From an uncultured delta proteobacterium (GTDB taxonomy: Bacteria; Desulfobacterota; Desulfobacteria; Desulfobacterales; JAHEIW01): a stretch of 64,000 nucleotides of DNA. Below are positions 28,467-38,195 of the stretch, one piece after another. The notes under the pieces were generated by a model. That model was not told where the DNA came from. It did no database searches and saw only the letters and a program-made list of their open reading frames with translations. The number at the start of each line of letters is the position of its first letter. Within the stretch, counting starts at the first letter, position 1. The position numbers were made by a program, and so were the translations under genes. The DNA lies in assembly GCA_963706575.1 (NCBI GenBank), contig CAVPNL010000002.1, positions 96,001 to 160,000 of the forward strand, written 5' to 3'.

Positions 28467-30323
28467 ATGAAGCAATTAACCGAACATAAAACGCAGCCAT
28501 TGAGCGTTGAGGAAAAATTATCCCGAACGGGGCATGAACCCGGCGTGTATCTCCTGAAAGATGAAAATAATGTGATCATCTACATCGGCAAAGCCTTGGA
28601 TCTTAGAAAACGACTGGCTGCCTATTTTAAAAACTCAAGACATGCCGACATGAAGACCGGTGTGCTGGTTCACAAAATTTTTGATTTTGACACCATTATC
28701 ACTGCTAACGAAAAAGAGGCACTGATTCTGGAGTCCAATCTGATCAAGCGTCACCGACCCCGTTACAATGTGGTGCTAAAAGACGACAAACGCTATCCAT
28801 CCTTGAGACTGGATCTAAAGGGAAAGTATCCCGCTTTTTCCATCGTTCGCAAAATCGGCGAAGACGATGCTTTGTATTTCGGTCCATTTGCTTCGGCCTA
28901 TGCAGTCCGCGAAACCCTCAAAACCATAAACAAAACCTTTAAATTGCGAAAATGTCGCGCCAGTGATTTTAAAACACGCACGCGCCCCTGTCTCCACTGC
29001 CAGATGGAAGGCTGCCTGGCGCCTTGTTGCCTGGATGTTGACCCGAAGATCTACCGGGATCACGTTAATGAAGCAATCATGTTTCTCAGGGGTCGCACCA
29101 CGGATCTGGTAGCCAAGATAAAAAAGCAAATGGATGCTGCTGCCCGGGCTCAGGAATATGAGAAGGCGGCCCGCATCAGAGACAAAATGTTTTCACTGCA
29201 AAGAACAATTGAAAAGCAAATCGCTGTTACCACCGATTTTCAGGATCGGGATGTATTTGCGATTGTCAGATCCAACGGCTATGCGCTGGTTACCGTTTTT
29301 AATGTTATGGGAGGCTTCATCAAAGGCACCCGGCATTTTAGTTTTGAAGAGATCATGTCAACCAACGATGAGGCTCTGGGCATCTTTATCCGGCAATACT
29401 ACGAAAAAACAGTTTTGCTACCCAAAGAAATTTTAGTTTCGCTATACCTGCAAGACGCACCATTGATCGAAGAGTGGTTCAGAACGGTTAAAGGCAAAAA
29501 GGTAAAAATTCTGAATCCTAAAAGAGGGGAAAAAGCAAAATTGCTGGCCCTGGTCACTCACAATGCTCAAAAAGAGCTGCGTGAGCTGATAGCCACAAGA
29601 ACCGTGGAGATGGAATTGCTGCTGAGGCTTCAAAAAAAGCTTAAATTGCCCAGATTGCCCGAACGGATCGAATGTTTCGATAACTCCAATATATCGGGCA
29701 CCGAAGCGGTTGCCGGCATGGTCGTATTTGAAAAAGGCAAAGCCAAAAAGTCGGCATACCGCAAGTTTAAAATTAGAGCCGTACCGACCCACGATGATTA
29801 TGCGTATATGTCCGAAGTGTTGAAACGTAGACTGGGGAAATCCGTTTCGCAGCGAAAACCCCAACCGTTTCCGGATTTGTTGATGGTCGACGGCGGCAGG
29901 GGACAGCTGAATATTGCTCTGGCGGTGGTCAAGGAATTATCACTCGAGGGTCAGTTTGAAATAATTGCTATCGCCAAAAAGGATGAAAAAAAGGGCGAGA
30001 CCCGGGACAAAATATTTAAACCGCGCAGGACCAATCCCATTGGTTTCGGCAAAGACGCGGATCTACTTCTTTTCCTGCAACGCATCAGAGACGAAGCGCA
30101 TCGTTTTGCCATTACATTTCACCGCAAGCGCCGGACCAAAACCACGTTGCAGTCTGAACTGGATGCGATACCGAACATCGGCAAAAAACGAAAAGCAATT
30201 CTGTTGAGGCATTTCAGAAGCATAAAAAAAATCCGGGAAGCAGACATCGAACAACTCAATGCGCTTCCCGGAATTACACGTTCGGCAGCTGAAGCCGTAT
30301 ACAATTATTTTAGTTCAAAATAA
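28467..30323 (+). CDS. uvrC: excinuclease ABC subunit C
   Basis: GIY-YIG PGVY..YIGKA, IECFDNSN, DGGRGQ, RDEAHRFA, HhH. Confidence 0.97.
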   Translation: MKQLTEHKTQPLSVEEKLSRTGHEPGVYLLKDENNVIIYIGKALDLRKRLAAYFKNSRHADMKTGVLVHKIFDFDTIITANEKEALILESNLIKRHRPRYNVVLKDDKRYPSLRLDLKGKYPAFSIVRKIGEDDALYFGPFASAYAVRETLKTINKTFKLRKCRASDFKTRTRPCLHCQMEGCLAPCCLDVDPKIYRDHVNEAIMFLRGRTTDLVAKIKKQMDAAARAQEYEKAARIRDKMFSLQRTIEKQIAVTTDFQDRDVFAIVRSNGYALVTVFNVMGGFIKGTRHFSFEEIMSTNDEALGIFIRQYYEKTVLLPKEILVSLYLQDAPLIEEWFRTVKGKKVKILNPKRGEKAKLLALVTHNAQKELRELIATRTVEMELLLRLQKKLKLPRLPERIECFDNSNISGTEAVAGMVVFEKGKAKKSAYRKFKIRAVPTHDDYAYMSEVLKRRLGKSVSQRKPQPFPDLLMVDGGRGQLNIALAVVKELSLEGQFEIIAIAKKDEKKGETRDKIFKPRRTNPIGFGKDADLLLFLQRIRDEAHRFAITFHRKRRTKTTLQSELDAIPNIGKKRKAILLRHFRSIKKIREADIEQLNALPGITRSAAEAVYNYFSSK

Positions 30324-30328
30324 TTGTA

Positions 30329-30533
30329 GGTCTCAGGTTTCGGGTGTCAGGATTCAGAAGACAGAGGTCAAGAGTCCGTGAACAGAGTAGGGCTGCCCTC
30401 TGCGGCTGCCTTTTACGACGGCTGGCACAGAGGCCAGCCCTACTTCATCATTCGAAATTTCGTGTTCGATACTTAAAATAGGCCAAATAGATCGGCCCTC
30501 CGGGCCAAAGACTGAGACCTGAAACCTGACACC
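30329..30533. repeat. inverted 7-mer arrays enclosing a GTAG-type REP doublet
   Basis: GGTCTCA GGTTTCG GGTGTCA.. (30329-30370); GTAGGGCTGCCCTCTGCGGCTGCC (30387-30410) and GGCTGGCACAGAGGCCAGCCCTAC (30420-30443); TGAGACC TGAAACC TGACACC (30513-30533). Confidence 0.88.
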
Positions 30534-30543
30534 TTATCTTAAA

Positions 30544-31494
<951 letters not shown>

Positions 31495-31848
31495 TTAACA
31501 ATCTAAATGGGTTAGGGGGAAAAAATAGTTTGATATACCCTTGCCGGGTGTTGCAGAAAAGGTACAGTGATTAGCATAATTTCCAATATTGTCAACCGAT
31601 TTATCTGGTTCTCAAATGTTGACAGGAAGCACAAAAATAGGATAAATTATAATTACTTCAGACAAATTCGGGCTCTTTTTAAGGTTGACAAAATAGCCTT
31701 TGCGAATAGAAACACATGGTCTCTTGGTGCTGGCCGGTTTATTTTGCGGTTTGCCGTCGTTAACTATTCTATATCTAAAGAAAATGTGGTTTTGACCCGA
31801 TATAGTATTGATGAGTTCAATATTTTCGGAATCTAGAGTGTTCCATTT

Positions 31849-32454
31849 ATGGCTATTGTTAATCTAAAAAAAAGACAGATTGAATGCAAAATCGTTTATT
31901 ATGGCCCGGGGCGTTGCGGAAAGACAACGAACCTCGAATATATCCATAAGAGTTTTAAAAATCAAGTGATGGGAGAAATGGTTTCCATCAACACCGATGG
32001 AGACCGGACGCTTTTCTTTGATTTTTTGCCATTGAACCTGGGTAAAGTAAAAGGTTGTGACCTTCGCGTTCAATTATACACAGTTCCCGGACAGGTCCGC
32101 TACAGTTCTACCCGTAAACTGGTGTTGAGGGGGGCCGACGGCGTTATTTTTGTGGCCGATTCGCTGGAGGTTCGGCGGGAAAAAAATATGATGGCCCTCA
32201 AAGATCTGGCGCAAAACCTCAAAGATTACGGCTTGAGCATTTTCAAAGTACCGTTGGTGTTGCAATACAACAAAAGAGATCTTGCCGCAGAGAATATTTC
32301 CATCATGGATCTTAAGAAAATGGAGCATGATCTCAATCGACAATTGAAGGTTCCTTCTTTTCCCGGCGCTGCCTTAAAAGGGGAGGGTGTCGGCAAAACC
32401 CTGCATGCCTGCCTGAAGCTTGTCATGCAATCGGTCCAAAGCGAATTTACTTAA
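31849..32454 (+). CDS. mglA: MglA-family small GTPase
   Basis: KIVYYGPGRCGKTTNL, DRTLFFDFLP, LYTVPGQV, FVADS, YNKRD. Confidence 0.92.
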   Translation: MAIVNLKKRQIECKIVYYGPGRCGKTTNLEYIHKSFKNQVMGEMVSINTDGDRTLFFDFLPLNLGKVKGCDLRVQLYTVPGQVRYSSTRKLVLRGADGVIFVADSLEVRREKNMMALKDLAQNLKDYGLSIFKVPLVLQYNKRDLAAENISIMDLKKMEHDLNRQLKVPSFPGAALKGEGVGKTLHACLKLVMQSVQSEFT

Positions 32455-32469
32455 GTCGTTGATCAACTT

Positions 32470-33639
32470 ATGAATAACACTGTGTCGCTATCAGGAAGCC
32501 TGGATTTTCTGAATTTAGGTGAATTATTAAACTTGCTTGGCACCAACGGCAGCTCCGGTGTGCTGCACGTCAAAAGTAACCATTCGTCAGAACCCGGACT
32601 GGTGTATCTGGATAAAGGAAATCCGATAAATGCGGTCAACGGTTCGTTTACCGGACTGGATGCCGTTTTTTCCCTGTTTGGTTGGACCGATGGCCATTTT
32701 GAGTTTGTCCAGGAAGATGTTACCTGTGAGAAAGCGATTACTAAAAGTCGTATGGAAATTATTCTGGACGGGCTCCGATTGCTGGATGAAGGCAAGATCA
32801 AAAAGCTGGGACCCGCCACGGCAGCAAAAACTTCGCCTGAAACTAAAGCTGTATCCGGTAAACTGCCTTTAATCAAAGGGCCTCTGGTCGATTATTCATA
32901 TGTCGTAGACGAAGAAGGATTTTATGACGGTGATGAGATCGTTCAGGAAGGCAACCACGGTGACTGGATATGGGTCATCTTAGAGGGTACAGCTGAGGTC
33001 ATAAAAGAGGCCGAAGGCGGCCCGATCGAAATATTAAGGATTGGCGATGGTGCATTTCTGGGCAGTGTTGCCGCTCTAATTTCCGGTGGCAGAGTGCGCA
33101 GCGCAACCATCAAAGCTGTCGGCAACGTGCAATTGGGAATGCTCGATTCACAGCTGCTTGCCAATGAACTCGCCAATGTGTCCCCTGAATTCAAAAGCCT
33201 GTTAACCAGCATCGATGCTCGCTTGAGGCAGATTATCGAGATGGCCGTTGCCTATAAAAAAAATAATAACCATTTCGATGATCTAATTAAAAACAAAAAA
33301 CAACTGATCCAACAGGGTCAAAAAGAAGAACGCTTATTCACCATTAAGGATGGAGAGGCGATTATCGCCCGGCAATCCGACAACGGTTATGTACCGCTTG
33401 TACGATTGAAAAAGGGGGATTATTTCGGAAAAATTCCTTTTTTGGATTTGGGCCATGAACCGTACTCCGCTGCCGTATTTTCATCGGAAAATCTCAAGTT
33501 AGCGGCTGTTAACGCTGAAAAGCTGAAATCGGAACATGAAGGACTGTCTTCCACCCTTAAAAATATCATTGAACACCTGGCGACTTCAGTTTCGGTAACC
33601 ACTGTGGTTACCTGTGATTATAAAAAAAAGCAGGCCTAA
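32470..33639 (+). CDS. DUF4388 (PatA-N-like) + two cNMP-binding-like domains
   Basis: LSGSL..L.ELL.LL...SSGVL..W..G.FEF..ILDGLRLLDE; EIVQEG..G..I.VILEG..G.FLG..RSATIKA; LKKGDYFG. Confidence 0.8.
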   Translation: MNNTVSLSGSLDFLNLGELLNLLGTNGSSGVLHVKSNHSSEPGLVYLDKGNPINAVNGSFTGLDAVFSLFGWTDGHFEFVQEDVTCEKAITKSRMEIILDGLRLLDEGKIKKLGPATAAKTSPETKAVSGKLPLIKGPLVDYSYVVDEEGFYDGDEIVQEGNHGDWIWVILEGTAEVIKEAEGGPIEILRIGDGAFLGSVAALISGGRVRSATIKAVGNVQLGMLDSQLLANELANVSPEFKSLLTSIDARLRQIIEMAVAYKKNNNHFDDLIKNKKQLIQQGQKEERLFTIKDGEAIIARQSDNGYVPLVRLKKGDYFGKIPFLDLGHEPYSAAVFSSENLKLAAVNAEKLKSEHEGLSSTLKNIIEHLATSVSVTTVVTCDYKKKQA

Positions 33640-33686
33640 AAAAAGTGCCGGCTTAAAACGAAAACTGACAAACTGACGTGAGGGCC

Positions 33687-34034
33687 ATGTCTATCCAAGA
33701 GAAAAGAAAACACACTCGGATCAACTCACTGAATCTTTCATACGTATGTTTGGATGAAAATAACGAAATTATCAAGCAGGGGATGGGACGGTCCCTTAAT
33801 GTGTCCGAATCCGGCATCCTGCTGGAAACTCACTTTCCTATTGATGACCAGCATATCGTCACGCTGACACTCGGGTTAGAAGAGGATCTGATCGATGTAA
33901 AAGGACGTCCGGTGCATACCCGCATAAATGATGCGGGAAAGTATGAAGTGGGCATCGAGTTTCTCAAATCCGATGCGAAGACCCACAAAGCCCTTAAGAA
34001 ATTCATCGATACGTATCAGAAAAAACCCAAATAA
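33687..34034 (+). CDS. stand-alone PilZ domain protein
   Basis: EKRKHTR (RxxxR), NVSESG, GIEF. Confidence 0.88.
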   Translation: MSIQEKRKHTRINSLNLSYVCLDENNEIIKQGMGRSLNVSESGILLETHFPIDDQHIVTLTLGLEEDLIDVKGRPVHTRINDAGKYEVGIEFLKSDAKTHKALKKFIDTYQKKPK

Positions 34035-34188
34035 TCGAAAAATCAAAAAAATAACCTAATTTATCACCTGCCTCTTGACCTTCACCCCATAATATCCCAT
34101 ATAAATACGTCCAAGTCTTGACCGTGCGCTGCTATTTGGGATTTTAATCAATATCTTAATTAAATGTGTCAAAGAGAGGGTTGATATC

Positions 34189-35085
34189 ATGAATAAAACC
34201 ATCAGCGAGACTGACTTTGCGGAACTGAAACTTTTGAAACGCGGTAAGGTTCGGGATGTATACGATCTGGGAGAACATCTTTTGATGGTCGTAACAGACC
34301 GTATTTCCGCATTTGATGTGGTTATGCCGAATCCCGTTCCCGACAAGGGAATTATCTTAACCCAAATTTCCTTGTTCTGGTTTGATATTATGCAGCCGCT
34401 GATTCAGAATCATATTGTCGCCAGGGACGTGAAACACTACCCGGAGATTTGTCAGCCGTATGCAGACGCTTTACAGGGTCGAAGCATGCTGGTTAAAAAG
34501 GCACAGCCGCTGCCGGTTGAATGCATCGTCAGAGGTTATATTTCGGGCTCAGGCTGGAAAGAATATTCGGATACAGGCAGCATTTGCGGTATCGCATTGC
34601 CACAGGGATTGCAGGAATCCCAGCAATTGCCGGAACCTATTTTCACGCCGTCGACCAAAGCCGAGCAGGGTGAACATGATATCAATATTGATTTTAACGA
34701 AACCGCCAATCTAATCGGCAAGGCAAAGGCGGAAAAGATCCGGGATCTCAGCGTTGCAATTTACAAAAAGGGAGCAGCACTGGCGGATCAAAAGGGAATA
34801 ATCATTGCAGATACCAAGTTTGAATTCGGTTGGGTTGGTGACGACATCATCCTGATCGATGAAATTTTAACTCCGGACTCATCGCGTTTCTGGCCCAAGG
34901 AGAGCTACAACCCGGGTGGGCCTCAAAAAAGCTATGATAAGCAGTATCTTCGCGATTATCTGAGTACATTAGACTGGGATAAGAAAGCGCCCGGCCCCGC
35001 ACTGCCCGATGATGTGATCGCAAATACCCGTCAGAAATATCTGGATGCCTTAATCCAGCTTAGCGGCAGCAGCCATGGACTCTAA
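34189..35085 (+). CDS. purC: SAICAR synthase
   Basis: [43 protein letters not shown]. Confidence 0.97.
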   Translation: MNKTISETDFAELKLLKRGKVRDVYDLGEHLLMVVTDRISAFDVVMPNPVPDKGIILTQISLFWFDIMQPLIQNHIVARDVKHYPEICQPYADALQGRSMLVKKAQPLPVECIVRGYISGSGWKEYSDTGSICGIALPQGLQESQQLPEPIFTPSTKAEQGEHDINIDFNETANLIGKAKAEKIRDLSVAIYKKGAALADQKGIIIADTKFEFGWVGDDIILIDEILTPDSSRFWPKESYNPGGPQKSYDKQYLRDYLSTLDWDKKAPGPALPDDVIANTRQKYLDALIQLSGSSHGL

Positions 35086-36082
35086 TTTATCTGATGATCG
35101 GAAGGCCTCCCAGGAGATACCGTCCGATCATACCGTCAGGTACCGGACGATTTCAGCGGTTGACATCGATACCGAAGATCTGACTTTTCGCATCACCACC
35201 AGAAGCGACATCGAAGACCTGCTGGGTTCGATTCAGAAAATCGGATTGATTCAGCCGCCGGTGTTGATAGCGAATTCGTCAGGATATACCATTGTTTGCG
35301 GGTTTCGTCGGATTGCCGCATGCCGCAAATTAGGCTGGGCCCGGATAACAGCCCGAGTTTTTGAAAAAAACGTTGGTCGCTTCAAAACAGCTCAGTTGTC
35401 AATTGCCGACAATGCGCTTCAGCGATCACTCAATCTGGTGGAGATATCCCGGGCCTTGAAACTGCTGGACGATTTTGGCCCGGACAATCAACAGCGCAGA
35501 GAAGCGACTGAGGCACTGGGCTTGCCGGTTAGCCGATCTGTAGTCCCGGCAATAAAAAAAATTTGCCGGCTGCCGTTGCCGGTTCAAGAAGGCATTCTGA
35601 GAGAGACCATCAATCTATCGATGGCGTTGGAGTTGGGTGGATTGCAGCCGGCAACTGCCGGGGATCTGGCCCGGCTATTCGATCAGCTTAAAGTGGGTTT
35701 GAACAAACAAAGAGAATTGCTTTTGCTGCTCAAAGAAATTGCCGAGCGGGAAGACACTGCCATCCCGCAGCTGATTGCAGAAAAACCCTTGCAGGAAATT
35801 CTAAAAACCGCTGAAATGGATAGGGCGCTAAAGCGACAAAAAGTTCGATCCTATCTTAGACGGCGCCGCTTTCCCGCTATTACCAAAGCCGAAACAGATT
35901 ATCACAAGTGGGTCGGACAGCTTAAACTGGGAAACAATATTCATCTGATTCCGCCCAAAGATTTTGAAGGCAACACGTTTAGCATGACCCTGCGTTTTAA
36001 TAATCGCCAGGACCTCAGCGATCTGAATAAAAAAATTGAGGAAATAATTCAACACCCCGCAATTGGTAAAATCCTCGACTGA
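35075..36082 (+). CDS. ParB/Srx-domain protein
   Basis: [26 protein letters not shown]; overlaps purC stop. Confidence 0.8.
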   Translation: MDSNLSDDRKASQEIPSDHTVRYRTISAVDIDTEDLTFRITTRSDIEDLLGSIQKIGLIQPPVLIANSSGYTIVCGFRRIAACRKLGWARITARVFEKNVGRFKTAQLSIADNALQRSLNLVEISRALKLLDDFGPDNQQRREATEALGLPVSRSVVPAIKKICRLPLPVQEGILRETINLSMALELGGLQPATAGDLARLFDQLKVGLNKQRELLLLLKEIAEREDTAIPQLIAEKPLQEILKTAEMDRALKRQKVRSYLRRRRFPAITKAETDYHKWVGQLKLGNNIHLIPPKDFEGNTFSMTLRFNNRQDLSDLNKKIEEIIQHPAIGKILD

Positions 36083-36084
36083 TA

Positions 36085-37194
36085 ATGCGAATCTCAAAGC
36101 TTTTCATCAACCGGCAAGTTGCCGACCACCCTGTCACCCGATCCATCCAGTCGCGTCTGAAACTGTCTCCTGAAGTGGTCCGCGATGCACAACAGGCTTA
36201 TGAAGCCGTTTCATCAGCTCCGGATCCGGTGCAGCAGGGCAAGGAAACCCTTTACCTGACCCGAAACCGCGGCGCTTTTTTGAAAAAGTGCCCGGGAACC
36301 CGTCATTATACCTGCTGCGACTATCAGATCCTGCACATTGGCAGTTTCTGCCATATGGATTGCACTTATTGTGTTTTGCAGACCTACTTTCATCCTCCTA
36401 TTCTCCAGTATTTTGTAAACCATGAAGACTTAATGGCAGAATTGGACACGGCTTTGGGGAAATCGCAAAATAAAATCCGTCGAATCGGTACCGGTGAGTT
36501 TACCGACAGTCTGATCTGGGAGTTATGGACCGATGTATCGCATCTATTGATTCAACGCTTTGCTGCCCAGAAGCATGCGGTCCTTGAACTAAAAACGAAA
36601 ACAACCACTATCGAGCGATTGCAAAATCTGAAGCATAACCGTAAGACCATTGCGGCTTGGTCTCTGAATACCAAGCATATTATCCATACGCAAGAACGTG
36701 CGACAGCCAGTCTGACTGCAAGACTCAAAGCCGCCGCCAGCTGTGAATCCTGGGAATATCCCCTGGCTTTTCATTTTGATCCTCTGATCCTTTATGATGG
36801 CTGTGAAGAAGATTACACCCGGGTCATTGAACGCCTTTATTCACATGTTTCAGCCGACAGCATTGTGTGGATCAGCCTGGGCTCCCTGCGGTTTCCACCA
36901 TCGATTAAAACCGTAATTCAGAAACGGTTTCCGGATTCTAAAATCATATACGAAGAATTCATCAAAGGTCCTGACGGCAAAATGCGCTATTTTAAGCCGC
37001 TGCGAATTAACCTGTACCGCAAAGTCGTCGAATGCATCCGGGATCATGCGCCGGATGCAGTCGTCTACCTGTGCATGGAGGATGATGAAGTCTGGCAAAA
37101 ATCAATGGGTTTTATACCCGATGACATTGGCGGATTATCGCATATGCTGGATGTGAGTGCCGCGCGGCATTGCAATCTCAAGCTTGGTGAATAG
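36085..37194 (+). CDS. spore photoproduct lyase-like radical SAM protein
   Basis: CHMDCTYC (CxxxCxxC); GEFTDSL, LKTK, AWSLN, RL.AA, K.RY, YLCME. Confidence 0.82.
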   Translation: MRISKLFINRQVADHPVTRSIQSRLKLSPEVVRDAQQAYEAVSSAPDPVQQGKETLYLTRNRGAFLKKCPGTRHYTCCDYQILHIGSFCHMDCTYCVLQTYFHPPILQYFVNHEDLMAELDTALGKSQNKIRRIGTGEFTDSLIWELWTDVSHLLIQRFAAQKHAVLELKTKTTTIERLQNLKHNRKTIAAWSLNTKHIIHTQERATASLTARLKAAASCESWEYPLAFHFDPLILYDGCEEDYTRVIERLYSHVSADSIVWISLGSLRFPPSIKTVIQKRFPDSKIIYEEFIKGPDGKMRYFKPLRINLYRKVVECIRDHAPDAVVYLCMEDDEVWQKSMGFIPDDIGGLSHMLDVSAARHCNLKLGE

Positions 37195-37228
37195 ATGATC
37201 GCTTGTTGCTATCAAATGGCCCCAAATA

Positions 37229-37375
37229 GTTTTCAGGTGTCAGGTTTCGGGCCTTCGCCGCGCCGAAGCGGCTACGGCCGCGCAGGCGGGTGTCAGGAAA
37301 CAGATGAAAATCGGAAAGTAGGGCAGCCCACCGTGGCTGCCATCTGAGGCCGGCACAGTGGCCGGCCCTGAAACC
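37229..37375. repeat. 7-mer array with 35-bp insertion plus GTAG-type REP doublet
   Basis: GTTTTCA GGTGTCA GGTTTCG; insert 37252-37286; GTAGGGCAGCCCACCGTGGCTGCC (37318-37341) and GGCCGGCACAGTGGCCGGCCCT (37348-37369). Confidence 0.85.
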
Positions 37376-37401
37376 TTATAAAGCCTGGGTCCGAAAAATT
37401 T

Positions 37402-38046
37402 ATGAAAAGAATCATTACGATAACATTGGCTTGTTTAGTGTTTCTTCTATTCCAACAGAATGGTACAGCCGATACCTGGAATCAGGTAAAATGGGTTATT
37501 GATGGTGACACGGTGGTTTTGGTTGACGAGCAAAAGGTGCGTTATATCGGAATTAACGCCCCCGAACTGGCACACGACGATCATAGTGCCGAACCTTATG
37601 GGGAAGCGTCAAAAAGATTTAACGCCTTGCTGGTGAATCGCAAAAAAGTGCGTCTGGAATTCGACAAAGAGCGCTTCGATCGCTACCAACGACTGCTTGC
37701 TTATGTCTTTTTGATAAACGCCACCTTTGTAAATGCCGAAATGCTTGCAAACGGTTACGCCTATCTTCTGTGGCACCGGCCCAATTTGAAATACGATGAG
37801 ACGCTGCTGCAGTCACAGCGGTCGGCTATGTCAGAAAAAAAAGGGATCTGGCAAAATTGGAAGGAAAACAAAAACACGATGGTCGGCAACAAAAACTCCC
37901 ACCGTTTCCATCTGCCTACCTGCCCGTACGGCAAGCAAATTAAACCCCGGAACCGAATTGTTTTTCAGAAAAAATGGGATGCATACTGGGAAGGCTACGC
38001 ACCTGCGAAACGATGCATGCCTGTTTTTACAATACCGAGGGATTAA
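37402..38046 (+). CDS. exported thermonuclease (SNase) with C-terminal Ada-like metal-binding domain
   Basis: Signal peptide; IDGDT, VRYIGINAPE, DRYQRLLAYV; GNKNS..FH...C..GY.P. Confidence 0.9.
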   Translation: MKRIITITLACLVFLLFQQNGTADTWNQVKWVIDGDTVVLVDEQKVRYIGINAPELAHDDHSAEPYGEASKRFNALLVNRKKVRLEFDKERFDRYQRLLAYVFLINATFVNAEMLANGYAYLLWHRPNLKYDETLLQSQRSAMSEKKGIWQNWKENKNTMVGNKNSHRFHLPTCPYGKQIKPRNRIVFQKKWDAYWEGYAPAKRCMPVFTIPRD

Positions 38047-38104
38047 TTTGGCTGCTCGATATTTGCAAGAGGATTCACTTTTTGGGCGACTGTCTACTGG
38101 TTCC

Positions 38105-38191
38105 GGGATTCAGAGTTCAAAGGTTCAGAGGTTAGATAACAGAAGACAGATGCCAGAAACCCTTGAACCCTGAACCTCTGAACCTTATAAC
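38105..38191. repeat. inverted pair of 7/8-mer arrays (GGTTCAGA / TGAACC)
   Basis: GATTCAG AGTTCAA AGGTTCAG AGGTT vs CCTTGAAC CCTGAAC CTCTGAAC CTTATAAC. Confidence 0.8.
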
Positions 38192-38195
38192 CTTC

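Noticed and set aside
35075..36082. Chromosomal parAB/origin region
   Set aside because: No parA, dnaA or gidAB and no parS palindrome noticed; a dif-like site is nearby instead.
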